In this document: piece by piece, positions 55,550 through 64,000 of the stretch | How the letters are laid out: each line of letters starts with the position of its first letter | Position numbering within the stretch: the stretch's first letter is position 1 | From: an uncultured virus (IMG/VR IMGVR_UViG_3300042452_000572) | Taxonomy: Duplodnaviria > Heunggongvirae > Uroviricota > Caudoviricetes | Reading direction: 5' to 3' (one strand) | Virus record (IMG/VR): IMGVR_UViG_3300042452_000572 | DNA: 64,000 nucleotides | Notes under the pieces: model-generated | What the model was told of the DNA's origin: nothing | Database searches by the model: none | The model's input: only the letters and a program-made list of their open reading frames with translations | Made by a program: the position numbers and the translations under genes

Positions 55550-55556
55550 TATTTAT
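55550..55556 (-). promoter_or_regulatory. Late promoter ATAAATA between the two gp7 parts
   Basis: Overlaps the stop at 55553-55555, 13 nt before the next ATG. Confidence 0.6.
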
Positions 55557-58500
55557 GGAAGGGTTATGACGACATCACTTGCCACATCATCTGGATTATC
55601 AATTCTTATTTCTGAAGTTCTCACAATATATGCTTTATTTGCTTTTGGTGTAAATCTTAATAATCCACTTGCTCCAGAGACTATCATGTCAATATTTTGA
55701 ATATCTCTTCTATAATCTAAAGATGTTGAAAGGTTATTATATTTTATGTAGTTAACCACATCGCCGTAAATATTTGCTGCTACATGGAAGAAAGAATATT
55801 CATTATCGGTTGTATTATGTATTTCTACCAAATATTTTATAGAAACATAACTATTGGAAGAAATTGTAGAAATTATTTCTGCTGATGGTGTAGCAGAAGA
55901 ATTAATCGTAGTTCTAGTACAATTTAGAGATGCATCTCCAACTTCATAACTCGTACCAGGAATTCCTGTCGAAACTGTTGTAGCAACTCCAACTAAAGTA
56001 GAAAGCATTGCAACAGTAACTCCAACTCCAGCTGCTGGTAACCATTTTAATTGTAAATTATTGGTTGCAGTCATATCTACACTAAATGTTCCAAGACCTA
56101 CACCACTTTCCATTTTTCCAAATTCAATATATTGTGATGTAGATCCTATTCCCAAGAATGATGCTTCAGTAATATTTTTTTGATTAGGACCAATAACAGA
56201 AACAATTACACTACCACTCTTAAATTGATTTGCATCAATAGATTGAATTATTTGTGATGATGGGGATCCAGAAGCAGCAATGAAAGATGCTACACCAACT
56301 TTTTGGACATGTCCAAATGAAGTAGTTCCAACTCCAACTCCAGGTTCAATTTTTTCTTTATAGAAAGTAAGATCGTAGGTATAAGTTGTATTATATGGTG
56401 AGAACAATATTGAAACAGTTGTTCCAGAAATTGAAGTACTAAAATCACCTAAATCAAATGCATCAGATATATCAGAATATTGATTGTTGAACGAAATCGT
56501 TCCATCATGGGACACCACAAATTCTGTGTATTGGGTTTCATTAAAGGTAATTCCTAAAGAAGTATCAAGAACTACTTGAGCATAATACTTAATAGCAGAT
56601 GCAGAAGTAATATCAAAACTATCAAGTTCTAGAGATCTACTAATGTTAGGATCTGAATAGAACTGTGGACTAATATCGTCAATTTCAAGAACTCTATTTG
56701 ATTTGCAAATTAAAGCATCACCAAATCTATTGGATTTAAAAACAATTTCATCACTAATCGTTGCATCATCGTTTGTTTTTTCATAGACAAGATCCCAATC
56801 ATGTTTACAATACATTTTTACAGGATCTGGATTTACTAATACAACTGTACTTGCTTGAGTTCCAATTCCAGTTGAAATACTAGTGCTACCAAGTCCAGCA
56901 AGACTATCTGATGGTATCAATAAGTCAGAATGTTTTTTGAAACCTGCAATATGTGCCAAACTGTCAACAGGTTCACTCCAACTACTAATACCAACTTTAC
57001 TTTTTAATGAATATGCAAACTGTTGATAGTAATCACTATCTTGTATTCTTTGGAAAAAGTCATTAAGTTTGCCAGTATCTTTTTCCCATCCAAAATCTTT
57101 CGATATGGTTGAATTTACATCAAAGTATCCAGAATAATCTTGCATACTTTCGATAATGCCAGAAGATCCAGAAGTTCTTCCCCTTAACAGATCTCCAGTG
57201 TTTAATCCAACAAGACTATTAACTCTTAAAACATTGGTTACTGGATCATTTCCAGAAATAACATTCACAGATGAATTATTTGTATATACTTCTTCACCAT
57301 TGAAAAATTCACCTTCTTTAAGAGTAATAGTGAATGTAGCTAGATTTTTTACATTAGAAACGGATCCATATTGTTGTCCATCGTGAATACCTGGGTCTTC
57401 ATCTACAGAATATGAAATCGTTGCCTGATTAATTAATCCAAATGCAGTATTAACACCAGTAATAGTCCAATAGCGATATCCATATTCTGAAGAATTGTAT
57501 CCTTTACCAGTAGAAACTCCAATATTTTCTACAAATATTTGGTCTCCAACTGCAAATGGCAAAGGATTACTTGTAGTAAATCCTGATGTAGGTGTTTGAA
57601 GTCTTAATGTAACATTTGGAGATGAATAAGTGGCACTAATAATTCCAACACCATTTGTATTATTAATTGCAATAGCATCATTGTCAGTGCTCTTAAGATT
57701 TCCACCAGAATTAATAATACTTACAGATCCAACACTACTTCCAGATAATGAAGCAACAATACTTACTTGGGTATTGATAGTGTCTGTTTCTCTATTGTAA
57801 ACAATTACATCTGGAGCAGTTAAGTATTTTGAACCAGTTGATGTAATTGCAACAGTATCAACACTATAATTATCTTTCAATAGTATTACTTGTGGAACTG
57901 ATGCTTGTGGTTGTAGTGTTTTATCTGATGGATAATCATATCCAAAGTCAAGAATTTGAACACTATCAATAGCACCAACTTTTGATCCCTGTGCTCTTAA
58001 CACAGCAGAAGATCCTGTTGTCGATGCTACTGATACTGATGGCAATGATTTATAATTTTTTCCACCATCTAAAATATCAATCTTTGCAATTGATCCTTTG
58101 GTGTGTGTGGAATTGGTAATATAATTGATATAAGAAGCACTAGTATACCCTACTCTTTCGGGTATTTCAAATACATTGAATGTAAATGATTGATTTGTGG
58201 TTGTTGTTAATGAATGAGTGCCAGTGAATTTACTTGCATGAACGACTATTTTTGAATAATCATTAACATCTTTATTGACTTCAATTATTTTCGTTGATGT
58301 CTGTGATGTAAACTTATAGTATAGAACTGGTGGAACTTGTTCAGTAAAATGAATGGTTGTTTTTGCTGATGTAATTCCTGGTGCAAACTGATTTGTAATT
58401 TCTAAAGATGAAACACCAGATCCAACAAACTTTTTATTGTAATCTTGATCTAAGAAAAATTCTAGTCTAGAATTCAATAAACTTGCATGGGAAACATCAA

Positions 58501-61500
58501 ACTCCAAATAATCTCCAGTTGTTACATCAAGTCTAGGATTTATTGAAGAACCAATACTTATAAATCTGGTAACAGGATCATATAAAGTAGATATTGAACT
58601 CGTAGCAGTAGAAACAACTGTAAAATCAATTATATCATCGGGTCTTAATCTATGAGAAGATGCTGTGGATACAACAACATCTACTGTCTTTACACTAGAT
58701 GAAACAGTATTTCTTCTTGTTGTAAATGAATGACTATTTCCGATACCAATATTTCCATTAAAGAAAACCCTTGACAAATCGGAATTAATTCCAGTTTTTA
58801 CGTTTGTAAGTGCAATTAAATCTTTTGTAAGTTTTTGCACATACATTTTAGATGGCATTGGAGAAGTCGTGCTTCCATCCAATGAATATGTTAATGAAGT
58901 ACCAGCTCCAGGACTATAAAATACCTCTTCACCATGAATTAATGGATTATCTGGTAAGAAAATACTTCTCGTTGGAATAAAAATTGACTTTTGACTATTT
59001 CCTGCACCAATATAAGAAATAGTTGTACCAATACCAACACCATAAGATAATCCCACACCAACAGAAGATGAAGCATCAAAAAATACAACTTCATTTTTTG
59101 GCGTCGATAATGAAACTATCTTATCGAGTTCATAAGTAAATTCTTTTTCAAGACGAACAATCTCAGCACGATTTGTATGTGCAGCACCTGTTGTTCCATT
59201 ATAATTTCTCAATAAGTTCAATTTATTATTTGCCTTATCAATTCCCATAATTAGGAATTGCTCACTATCAATCTTCAAAATATCATTTACAGAAAACTTG
59301 GATGCAAGATCTGTAATTTGAATACTAGTTGTAAGACCAGTCGCTAGCATAGATGTTGCTAGACCTGATGTAAGACGATTTACATTAATTCTAAATGTTC
59401 CAGTTAAATTATTGAATGATGTAGATGATATACCAACAACACTTACATAAGATCCATCAACCAAATTGTGTGGAACTGTTGATATCGCAGTTACTGAGTT
59501 ATTGTTGCATACTAAAGTAATATTACTTAAAGTTGTTATAGAAGAAGTAATATTTGTTACAGCTACGCCAACGATTTTTGATACCTTAGCAATAGCACCA
59601 AATCCAGAAGTATTTTTATTATTGAATACAACTCTATCTCCAACGTTATAATCAACACCACTTTCTACAATATTAATTTTTTCAACACTACCGCTCTTTA
59701 CATTTAAGATTTTAGATTGTGTGGTAGTATTTTTATTAGAATTTGAAATAAATTCATATCCATTGCTAATTTTATATGCATCAGTATTTCTGACCAAATT
59801 CAATGAAAGTGGATCAATATCTTGAGTTGAATTGTATGCATAATTGAAAACACTTGGAGTAAAGTTATAGTAATTGCCAATCACATATGGGAATACTGGT
59901 TGTCTTACTCCATTAAAAGGACTTCCATTATCGTTAACAACAGATGATGAAACTGTTGTATAGTATGCATATACACCATTTGGATACTCTGGTGTTATTG
60001 CAAAGCGACCATTGTACTCATCTAAATCACCACTACCCTGGACGTAATTAAAGTCCTCGACGAAAAATCCAGCTGGATATTGTGAAATGTTTGGACCATC
60101 AACTCTTGATCCAGAAATTTTTGCATAACTTGACTGTAAGTACTTTAATGATCCAGTTCCATCATAATTTGTAAAAGCATATGGACCATAGATAGGACTT
60201 CCATCATATGCATATCCTAAAATTGGAGAATGCTGAATTCCACTGTCATTTAAGAAAGATCTTAAATTTCTTGGAACATAATAGTTGACGTAAGGATTGC
60301 CGAGTTTAGTATTTCTTACGGTCTCATAAAAACCATCATCAGATTTGACATCACCAATCTTTGCATATCTTTCAACTTGATTAACTGTCCACTCTTTTAA
60401 ATTGGATGAGAATATTGCACCTTGTCCTGGAGTAGATGCAGTAACTGTTGTTCCATTCGTAGTATATCCTGCTCCTTGGTCAATAATATCAATGCTTACA
60501 ATTTGACCATTTGCAACGTTTGCTTTTGCCTTTGCACCAACACCATCACCTTCAATAATAATATCAGGAACACTAAAATAGTTTGATCCACCACTTTTTA
60601 CAATAATACTATCAAGTCTACCATTTATAATTAATGGTTTTAGTGAAGCATTAGAACCTTCAATAATTCTGATTTCTGGTTTATAGTTATCATTGATGAT
60701 TGTCGATCCAAAATCACTACCACCATCCTTTACATGGACCGCAGATATAGATCCTCTAACGATTGGTGTTACAGTCGCATTTGCTGTAGTTATACCTTGT
60801 GGACCATTTAAAGTTACTACAATTGGCGGATAATTGAATACATGATATCCAGATCCAACACTACTTAGTCCAACATAATTTGTTAGACTGGTAGAGATAG
60901 AAACTCTAAACTGATCTTCATTAATTTTTATTGCATAGTATTTGGTTGTCGTGCTTAATCCGCCAATTGATAGACCTGTTGTAGAATACTTTAACTCTTC
61001 TCCAGAACTATATCCGTGATTATTGATTGTAATTACATCTGTAAAGGTATTAATACCAACAGGAGTTGTTGTATTTTCTCGGTTATAGAATGTGCCGTTT
61101 TCAATAATATAAACTTTATCTACTTTTAGTCTTCTTTCCTTTGTCGAAAATGCATGAAAACCTTGACCATTAGAAGTGATATCTAATGTTGCAATTCCAG
61201 CAAGGGCTTTTTGCCTTGTTTCCGCCAATGAAATGGTGTAATCATTGTTCTTTATAACATAATACGAAGACCCATTGATAAGCGTCCCTGGAGCGGTTCC
61301 AAGACCGATTGGAGTTGTTCCACGAGTATTATAAACAATTTCCTCACCATGCTTAAATCCATGTGCTTCTGGGAAAGTAATTTTGTCAGTAACAGTATCT
61401 ACAATTCCACCAGTACTAGTGCTATCAAAGTCTACCTGATGGGAGACTAATTTCATCTTTGCTTCTGCACTAGCAGAACCATTTCCTCCAGAGATATAGA

Positions 61501-63751
61501 CAGTTGGTGTGGTAGTATAATCTAAACCTTCAGTATCAACAAGAATTTCTTGAATTGATCCAGATACGTGTGTAATTACTGAAGAACCTGCACCAGAGTG
61601 TCCATCTTGATAAACTGAAAGTCTTGGTGGGTTAATTACGTCAAAGTTACTGCCTTCATTGAGGACACTAACTGATTGAATTGGACCATAATAAACTTTG
61701 TCTGTTGACTTATAAGAATAAATTTCAACACCGTTAACAAATAATCCAACTCCTCCTTGAATAGTTGCAGATTTAGTCTCGCTATATTCAGGAACAGGAA
61801 ACTTTCTTAATAACTTTTGTGCTCCAATTGTAGAAAATCCTACGTTGTATGGTGTTAATGAATGTGTGGTAATTCCAGATAAATCTCCAGATCCAAATAT
61901 AGAAATATATTGACCCCTACGAGCATTCTCTAATGAATATGCAAGAGAAATTGTATTGTCATCGATCTTACGAATATAATATGACTGATTAGTGCTTAAT
62001 CCAGATACTGCACCGTTTGTACCTGATGGTTTATATACTACAAGTTCACCATCATTAAAATGATGATCGGTAATTGAAATTTCTGTAAATGTTGTAACTC
62101 CAGATGTAGTGAAGTTTCTAATTCTCTTTTGAGGATTTATATTCCAATGTGGAATGCTATTAGAAGCAACATAAACAGTGTCACCAGATGAATATGTATT
62201 TTGAATATCTGCTGTATAATCTTTGTTTGTCTTTAATTGCCTTCTTATAAAATATTTTTTGGATAAATCTAAAGATGCACAATTAACTTGGATAGTTTTA
62301 TTATTAATAATTTGTAATATTGTGCCTACAGTAATATTATTGTCTTCATCTACGATATCAAGAGTATCTCCAACATAAAGAACATGAGTTGAGAAAAAAG
62401 TAAACTCATATACATTAGAACCCAAAGAATTGATTTTATCAATAATATACTTTGTTGATGTGTTGTATATCCATGAAGTAAATCTTGTATCTTTTTGCTC
62501 TATACCTAGAGTAGATACATTAATGCTGCTTCCTTCTTGTTGATTTAATGCACTACCATTAAAATTATTAATTGTTCCTACAATGTTTAGATAAACTGGA
62601 TTATCTAGATTTCCATCTTCGTAAGAATATGCTTGAAGACCATACGCAAAAACAGTAGACCCAATTCCTACTGATGTTGTAATACCAGAAACACCTAAGA
62701 ATTGGGTATAGTTTTTATCTGTGTAACTTAACTGTAAGTCTTCATATGTAAGATCTCCTGTTGTACCAAATCCGACTGTACTATCAACATTGATGATTGT
62801 AGATCCAGTACCAGATGCTTTAGTAACAAATGTTTTTCCTACCTGGAGAAACTTCCCGAGTGTAGTTCCTTTAGAAATGGCAATTTTATAGTATGTTTTA
62901 CCATCTATGATTGCCTTTTCAACATTATAAATTGATCCACTAGTTTGAAGTGGTGTTGTATTTTGAAATAGTGTTTGTCCTTCAATTTTAATTGGGTTAC
63001 CACTGACAACTTCACAAACTAATACATCATTTTTAATATAATCAGCATCTGACGGTTTAATTACAAATTTTTGAGGTTGAACCATTTCAACCTGTTCAGC
63101 ATACAATGCTTTGAAGAGAATTTTGAATGCTTCTTCTGTTCCTTTAGATTTATAGAAATCTTTTGCTTGTCTAATGAAATTGCTTTCGTTTAAATCACCA
63201 TATAGATTTCTATTTTCAAATCCTGGAAGAACTAATGTCTTTAATTTTTTTAAAAATTCATTAAGAAAGACATTACTGAGATTTTCAACTCGTGCATTTG
63301 ATGCATGGGTTGAAATACCACTGGAAGTGAATGTTAGATACTCTGGTTGATTGGTTTTGGTATTTTTTTCAATACCACTAAATCCACGAACACACCCAGT
63401 AAATGATGTAGACCCAATACCAGTATAAGTGATGATTTCATCATCAATTTTTAGTAGACCCCATTGTGCTGGCCAACCATCTGTTGATTTTACATAAATG
63501 GTTTCATCAACGCCACTGATGTATGATGTTAGGGATGTAAATCCAATTAAATTTCTTGTGTTTAGATAATCTAATCCTTTATATTCGACTAGATTGTCTG
63601 CAATATCAACAGGACCTCCCTGATACTCCTGCGAGTAATAATATTGCCTTAAAAATTCTCCAAAATAAGGATTTTCGACATCAATGTATTCAGGGATTTG
63701 GCTCTGAATAATTTCATTGATTTTGACTTTGGATAGGGAGGTTTCGATCAT
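55553..63751 (-). CDS. gp7: Baseplate wedge initiator gp7, N-terminal part (2732 aa)
   Basis: SQIPEYI...FLRQYYYSQEYQGGP, KDFYKSKGTEEAFKILFKALY, HSPILGYAYDGSPIYGPY, GDLDEYNGRFAITPEYPNGVYAY, QDSDYYQQFAYSLKS; follows gp6. Confidence 0.88.
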   Translation of the reverse strand: MIETSLSKVKINEIIQSQIPEYIDVENPYFGEFLRQYYYSQEYQGGPVDIADNLVEYKGLDYLNTRNLIGFTSLTSYISGVDETIYVKSTDGWPAQWGLLKIDDEIITYTGIGSTSFTGCVRGFSGIEKNTKTNQPEYLTFTSSGISTHASNARVENLSNVFLNEFLKKLKTLVLPGFENRNLYGDLNESNFIRQAKDFYKSKGTEEAFKILFKALYAEQVEMVQPQKFVIKPSDADYIKNDVLVCEVVSGNPIKIEGQTLFQNTTPLQTSGSIYNVEKAIIDGKTYYKIAISKGTTLGKFLQVGKTFVTKASGTGSTIINVDSTVGFGTTGDLTYEDLQLSYTDKNYTQFLGVSGITTSVGIGSTVFAYGLQAYSYEDGNLDNPVYLNIVGTINNFNGSALNQQEGSSINVSTLGIEQKDTRFTSWIYNTSTKYIIDKINSLGSNVYEFTFFSTHVLYVGDTLDIVDEDNNITVGTILQIINNKTIQVNCASLDLSKKYFIRRQLKTNKDYTADIQNTYSSGDTVYVASNSIPHWNINPQKRIRNFTTSGVTTFTEISITDHHFNDGELVVYKPSGTNGAVSGLSTNQSYYIRKIDDNTISLAYSLENARRGQYISIFGSGDLSGITTHSLTPYNVGFSTIGAQKLLRKFPVPEYSETKSATIQGGVGLFVNGVEIYSYKSTDKVYYGPIQSVSVLNEGSNFDVINPPRLSVYQDGHSGAGSSVITHVSGSIQEILVDTEGLDYTTTPTVYISGGNGSASAEAKMKLVSHQVDFDSTSTGGIVDTVTDKITFPEAHGFKHGEEIVYNTRGTTPIGLGTAPGTLINGSSYYVIKNNDYTISLAETRQKALAGIATLDITSNGQGFHAFSTKERRLKVDKVYIIENGTFYNRENTTTPVGINTFTDVITINNHGYSSGEELKYSTTGLSIGGLSTTTKYYAIKINEDQFRVSISTSLTNYVGLSSVGSGYHVFNYPPIVVTLNGPQGITTANATVTPIVRGSISAVHVKDGGSDFGSTIINDNYKPEIRIIEGSNASLKPLIINGRLDSIIVKSGGSNYFSVPDIIIEGDGVGAKAKANVANGQIVSIDIIDQGAGYTTNGTTVTASTPGQGAIFSSNLKEWTVNQVERYAKIGDVKSDDGFYETVRNTKLGNPYVNYYVPRNLRSFLNDSGIQHSPILGYAYDGSPIYGPYAFTNYDGTGSLKYLQSSYAKISGSRVDGPNISQYPAGFFVEDFNYVQGSGDLDEYNGRFAITPEYPNGVYAYYTTVSSSVVNDNGSPFNGVRQPVFPYVIGNYYNFTPSVFNYAYNSTQDIDPLSLNLVRNTDAYKISNGYEFISNSNKNTTTQSKILNVKSGSVEKINIVESGVDYNVGDRVVFNNKNTSGFGAIAKVSKIVGVAVTNITSSITTLSNITLVCNNNSVTAISTVPHNLVDGSYVSVVGISSTSFNNLTGTFRINVNRLTSGLATSMLATGLTTSIQITDLASKFSVNDILKIDSEQFLIMGIDKANNKLNLLRNYNGTTGAAHTNRAEIVRLEKEFTYELDKIVSLSTPKNEVVFFDASSSVGVGLSYGVGIGTTISYIGAGNSQKSIFIPTRSIFLPDNPLIHGEEVFYSPGAGTSLTYSLDGSTTSPMPSKMYVQKLTKDLIALTNVKTGINSDLSRVFFNGNIGIGNSHSFTTRRNTVSSSVKTVDVVVSTASSHRLRPDDIIDFTVVSTATSSISTLYDPVTRFISIGSSINPRLDVTTGDYLEFDVSHASLLNSRLEFFLDQDYNKKFVGSGVSSLEITNQFAPGITSAKTTIHFTEQVPPVLYYKFTSQTSTKIIEVNKDVNDYSKIVVHASKFTGTHSLTTTTNQSFTFNVFEIPERVGYTSASYINYITNSTHTKGSIAKIDILDGGKNYKSLPSVSVASTTGSSAVLRAQGSKVGAIDSVQILDFGYDYPSDKTLQPQASVPQVILLKDNYSVDTVAITSTGSKYLTAPDVIVYNRETDTINTQVSIVASLSGSSVGSVSIINSGGNLKSTDNDAIAINNTNGVGIISATYSSPNVTLRLQTPTSGFTTSNPLPFAVGDQIFVENIGVSTGKGYNSSEYGYRYWTITGVNTAFGLINQATISYSVDEDPGIHDGQQYGSVSNVKNLATFTITLKEGEFFNGEEVYTNNSSVNVISGNDPVTNVLRVNSLVGLNTGDLLRGRTSGSSGIIESMQDYSGYFDVNSTISKDFGWEKDTGKLNDFFQRIQDSDYYQQFAYSLKSKVGISSWSEPVDSLAHIAGFKKHSDLLIPSDSLAGLGSTSISTGIGTQASTVVLVNPDPVKMYCKHDWDLVYEKTNDDATISDEIVFKSNRFGDALICKSNRVLEIDDISPQFYSDPNISRSLELDSFDITSASAIKYYAQVVLDTSLGITFNETQYTEFVVSHDGTISFNNQYSDISDAFDLGDFSTSISGTTVSILFSPYNTTYTYDLTFYKEKIEPGVGVGTTSFGHVQKVGVASFIAASGSPSSQIIQSIDANQFKSGSVIVSVIGPNQKNITEASFLGIGSTSQYIEFGKMESGVGLGTFSVDMTATNNLQLKWLPAAGVGVTVAMLSTLVGVATTVSTGIPGTSYEVGDASLNCTRTTINSSATPSAEIISTISSNSYVSIKYLVEIHNTTDNEYSFFHVAANIYGDVVNYIKYNNLSTSLDYRRDIQNIDMIVSGASGLLRFTPKANKAYIVRTSEIRIDNPDDVASDVVITLP

Positions 63752-63754
63752 CTG

Positions 63755-64000
63755 TTATCTTGTTTTCTTACCGTTTTGATAGCTTGATTGAATATCAAAT
63801 CTTGTTCCTGAAGTATTTGCACCTGAAGAGATGCTATCTTGCTTCATGTAGAAATTGCTCTTAGAAACATCTAATTGCAAATACAATTCCTTTCTCGCTA
63901 AAACATCATTTGATAGCGGAATTGCTTGAACTTCAATAATATTGTCTGCTAAACTGGTTGATGTAATATTTACAGTATCTATAAGGATTTCACCAGTGCT
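63755..64000 (-). CDS. gp6: Baseplate wedge subunit gp6, C-terminal end (partial)
   Basis: Translated by hand: STGEILIDTVNITST...IEVQAIPLSNDVLARKELYLQLD...SSYQNGKKTR*; directly upstream of gp7. Confidence 0.85.
   Translation of the reverse strand, partial: STGEILIDTVNITSTSLADNIIEVQAIPLSNDVLARKELYLQLDVSKSNFYMKQDSISSGANTSGTRFDIQSSYQNGKKTR

Noticed and set aside
862..59651. Many plus-strand ORFs in the ORF track (e.g. 2739-3080, 9449-9868, 11518-11928, 40524-41150, 42965-43420)
   Set aside because: All lie antisense to well-supported minus-strand genes, show no recognisable motifs, and are explained by codon bias of the sense gene.

Overview
A 64-kb AT-rich segment of a T4-like cyanophage (cyanomyovirus, Kyanoviridae-type) genome. 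Essentially all real genes lie on the minus strand, so transcription runs from the right end of the window to the left. In that order the window holds: baseplate (end of gp6, gp7 split into two genes, gp8), a 2330-aa VrlC/DUF4815-type virion protein, tail-fibre-like proteins with internal repeats, neck/tail/packaging genes gp13-gp19, head genes gp20-gp23, PTOX flanked by tiny membrane peptides, gp3, uvsY, uvsW, gp55, gp47, gp46, an hli cassette, gp45, gp44, an accessory block (2OG-Fe(II) oxygenase, Dam, SpeD-like decarboxylase, HNH endonuclease), gp62, regA, hsp20, a Pol-beta-family nucleotidyltransferase, gp43, uvsX, gp41, mazG, a glycosyltransferase and a PD-(D/E)XK-like nuclease. hli and PTOX indicate a cyanobacterial host. 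No tRNA, rRNA, CRISPR array, intron or intein was seen. The most notable unexplained signals are a hairpin that hides the nuclease ribosome-binding site with a late promoter in its loop, back-to-back sigma70 promoters at gp55 (one firing antisense), a late-expressed nucleotidyltransferase and a modular basic polyprotein that may be capsid-packaged, a thermometer-like hsp20 leader, an attenuator-like fibre-gene leader, and the split gp7. Family assignments come from recognised motifs and gene order, not database searches.
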